Below, one piece after another: positions 60,931 to 64,000 of a stretch of 64,000 nt of DNA. The translations under genes were made by a program, and so were the position numbers. Position 1 is the first letter of the stretch. Every line of letters begins with the position of its first letter. The notes under the pieces are model-generated. The model saw nothing but the letters and a program-made list of their open reading frames with translations, was not told the DNA's origin and did not search any database. This DNA is from Negaprion brevirostris (Eukaryota), in the NCBI GenBank assembly GCA_030324005.1, contig JARDVH010000179.1, forward strand, positions 5,794,776-5,858,775, written 5' to 3'.

Positions 60931-62445
60931 GAATGTATGAAGCTCTTTTCTTAATATCAAAGCCCTGAGGGGGAAATATGTCAAATAACTCAATGCAAAT
61001 GGGTTTCAAGCCCATAATTATTCCAATTGTACATTTGATCAAATTTGATAGAACCCAACAATATATTTAAGCTGTAATCAATTATATAAATAGGAATTAG
61101 ATCAAAAATGTGTTTGGCCTAGACTTAACATTTGTTCTTGGACAGTTTTCCATGGGTACAATCCAGTGTCCCATCCTTGACTACAATAAATTCAGGCTGT
61201 TAGGGATAATGTTTTAAATACAAATCATAAAAAGCAGATTTATGGAAAATAGTGTATGAGAATAAGGATTGGAATCAAAAGATGCTGACAGAAGTCAAAA
61301 AAATTGAAGTTATAGATATGTTCGACTCCAAACTTTTAAGAACCAATCAAATAAAAGTTGGGTTTCAATGGTGACATGAGAGAAAGTCGACATNNNNNNN
61401 NNNNNNNNNNNNNNNNNNNNNNNNNNNNNNNNNNNNNNNNNNNNNNNNNNNNNNNNNNNNNNNNNNNNNNNNNNNNNNNNNNNNNNNNNNNNNGTCGACA
61501 TGAAGGGATTATAAATGAAACAGGGCAGGAAGAAGTGATCAGGGACATCATTGCTATGTGCGGTTAAACAGCGATGCTCATTAGTTGAGCTGCATGGCCC
61601 ATTACTGTTGGACTTTAACCTGGTGTTGTGTGACTTTTTACATGCCCATTACTGTGTCACAATTTGTTTGTAGCACTGTGCAATCCAAGCAAGTGTGGGG
61701 AGCCCTTGTTAAATCAGGCAAAGGTGTGGGATGAATAGAAAAAATGAAGTTGCCTCAAATTTAGAGTACAGTACTTGCAGGTGAAGACAGCATTTCCACA
61801 TGAACATTCCAGCACCCCGCGCTGAAAGGTCAAAACATCCAGAGTAATCAGCTGGGAAGGGAATTAGAAACATGCAGAAAATAATGGAGTGTCAAATAGG
61901 CAATGCTATCAATAATTCAGCTAGCACAGAGAGCCAATTTCAAATAGTTCATAAACACCGGATGCAATGGCACTTTTAACCTGCAGAATATTTGTTATTG
62001 TAAAGGTATACATACATTTTAGGGAGAAAAAGTATTCAGAATTTGAGTCTTTTACCAAAGCTTGATCTGAGAACATTCATTGATCGTTAACAATATAATC
62101 ATAAGAATATGTGCTGCTAACAGCGATCATTGTANNNNNNNNNNNNNNNNNNNNNNNNNNNNNNNNNNNNNNNNNNNNNNNNNNNNNNNNNNNNNNNNNN
62201 NNNNNNNNNNNNNNNNNNNNNNNNNNNNNNNNNNNNNNNNNNNNNNNNNNNNNNNNNNNNNNNNNNNNNNNNNNNAAAATTCCCCAATTTACACAAAAAA
62301 TTGTAACTCATGTACCGTTAGGAAATTATTTCACAGCTGTGTATTTTCTGTACATTCACCTGCCTAAAATAAACATACAGGTATGGTGAATGCCAGGTAT
62401 GAAAATCTACCTGCAATCACTTTATTTCTACACCTTGAGTAGTAC

Positions 62446-62652
62446 CTGTTCTTGAAGCTCAGCTAGCCTCTGCGCCCGCTCCTCCTCAGAATCATCTGTG
62501 CTACTGTCACTATCAGAAGAACTGTCACTGCTGCTGTCACTCGAGGACGAGGATGACACCTGGTTGGTCGGAGGCGGCACGGGAGGAGGAGATGGGACAA
62601 CTGGTTCAACAGGCTCATCTGGCATTTTTGCAAAACGCATCTCAAACACATC
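62446..62652 (-). CDS. brd4: BRD4 coding exon: end of bromodomain 2 plus NPS serine tract ([14 protein letters not shown]...RLAELQEQ)
   Basis: tttccag|GAT acceptor, GAACAG|gtact donor, 207 nt phase 0-0; peptide nearly identical to human BRD4 [14 protein letters not shown]...[25 protein letters not shown]. Confidence 0.97.
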
Positions 62653-63869
62653 CTGGAAAGAAAACAAAAATTCCAAAAATATGAAAGCATACTTCTGCCT
62701 CCTTGATGTGTTTTGACCTACAAGGTTGCATTCGGGAATGCAGCTTTTTTATACGCCGTATATAAAAAGGTGACAAAGTGATTCACAATTCAACACATTG
62801 GTANNNNNNNNNNNNNNNNNNNNNNNNNNNNNNNNNNNNNNNNNNNNNNNNNNNNNAACAAATCCTCAACTTAAGATGTCAAGGTGAAGCATTTTCTCAC
62901 ATAAGCAAAAAGAAACTAGACAGCAAGTTGAGCCTGACAATATCACTTCCTTGAGAGGTTCGCTTGTCAGTAGAGGTACCCTCTGCTTCCTGTGGTTGGG
63001 AACACGTCCTGTGCCAAGTTAAAACAAAATCCTTTTTAGTGTTTTACTAACGTGAGCCAATATGCAACCTCAACAACTGCAGGGATCGAGTAATTGCCCC
63101 TCTCTTCGCACCCCACTTCAAACAGAAGGTTGTGGAGCTGTAAGTTGGTGAAACAAAGGTTGCAGTGAGCACACTGGCGCAAATTATCTCTTAATTGGGG
63201 ACTTAGTACCAGTTAGTTCAGAAGAGCAGTTTGGAAAGCTAACTGCTATCCAGGTTTTCCTAGCCTGAATACATGGAAGACTGTTGAAGCTCTAAAACAT
63301 GCGAATTTAATGTAGGGTGATGTTGCCTTAAGTACTGTCTCTCATTCAGTTTTATGTCTTCCTTAATGATTGCTTGTGCAAGAAGTAATCATAACAGTTA
63401 TACTAAAAGGAAACTATTCACTACATTGTGCTTATTTTAGTGGGTGATCGTCAACTGGGCTTGTGTTCTAACCCAAGTTCCCTATTGCTCTCCCATTTAA
63501 TTTTAAATTCTTCCTTTTCAAATACGCTTCACTTTATAGTTCTTACATTCCACATCACAATAATCTCAACAATCCCTCTTGCTCATTTGTTACCAATTGG
63601 CCAGTGGAAATAATCTGTCACTATTTACCTTTCATACTTTGAATATCCTATTAGAATGATCCTCAACCATTTCTTTTTCAGTTAACATAATTTTCAATCA
63701 TTCTTTATGACTTTTGATTCCCAGTTCCTTAATAGTGTTTTACTAGTGTCCCCTTTTCACAGCTCTTACTGTAGCGTAACCAGAAACAAACACCATCTTC
63801 CACTGTCTCCAGAAAAATAGCAGGTAGTAATTCATCATAATTAACTTACACTTTCATTTACAATGATTC

Positions 63870-64000
63870 AATGTGTGAAAAAACATTTATTTGTCATCTT
63901 TCACATCCTCAGGATCTCCCAAAGTGCTTTGCAACCAAGCCATTTTTTTTTAAAAACAGCAAACAGAGAATACAGGTAAAAAGAGCAATTTGCACAAAGT
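63870..64000 (-). mobile_element. Deu-type SINE 3' end (runs off window)
   Basis: ttttcacatcctcaggatctcccaaagtgctttgcaacc..aatttgcaca as in 21.2 and 33.3 kb copies. Confidence 0.55.

Overview
Eukaryotic (vertebrate) genomic DNA, almost certainly a shark: the introns are full of HE1/V-SINE-type and Deu-type tRNA SINEs, CR1, L2 and RTE LINE remnants. The window lies entirely inside one minus-strand gene, BRD4 (BET family). I can splice 12 coding exons in frame (62652 down to 901; 2468 nt, 822 codons + 2 nt), from the end of bromodomain 2 through the NPS/BID region, ET domain, SEED tail and the long-isoform P/Q/H-rich region; the N-terminal exons and the final CTM exons lie outside the window. 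Most other ORFs in the track are spurious or transposon debris. Most notable: (1) an extra symmetric 120-nt exon after the ET domain encoding the BRD2/BRD3/BRDT-type coiled coil that human BRD4 lacks; (2) a built-in short-isoform stop at the SEED exon donor followed by about 7.5 kb of young-repeat-free, 3'UTR-like sequence ending in a strong poly(A) signal; (3) a GC-AG intron; (4) at least six decayed, mostly palindromic elements carrying minimal hammerhead-ribozyme cores (Penelope-like pLTR remnants); (5) long AG-free pyrimidine tracts marking candidate poison/terminal exons. Exon coordinates were counted by hand from splice sites; repeat boundaries are approximate and family names come from recalled consensus, not a database search.
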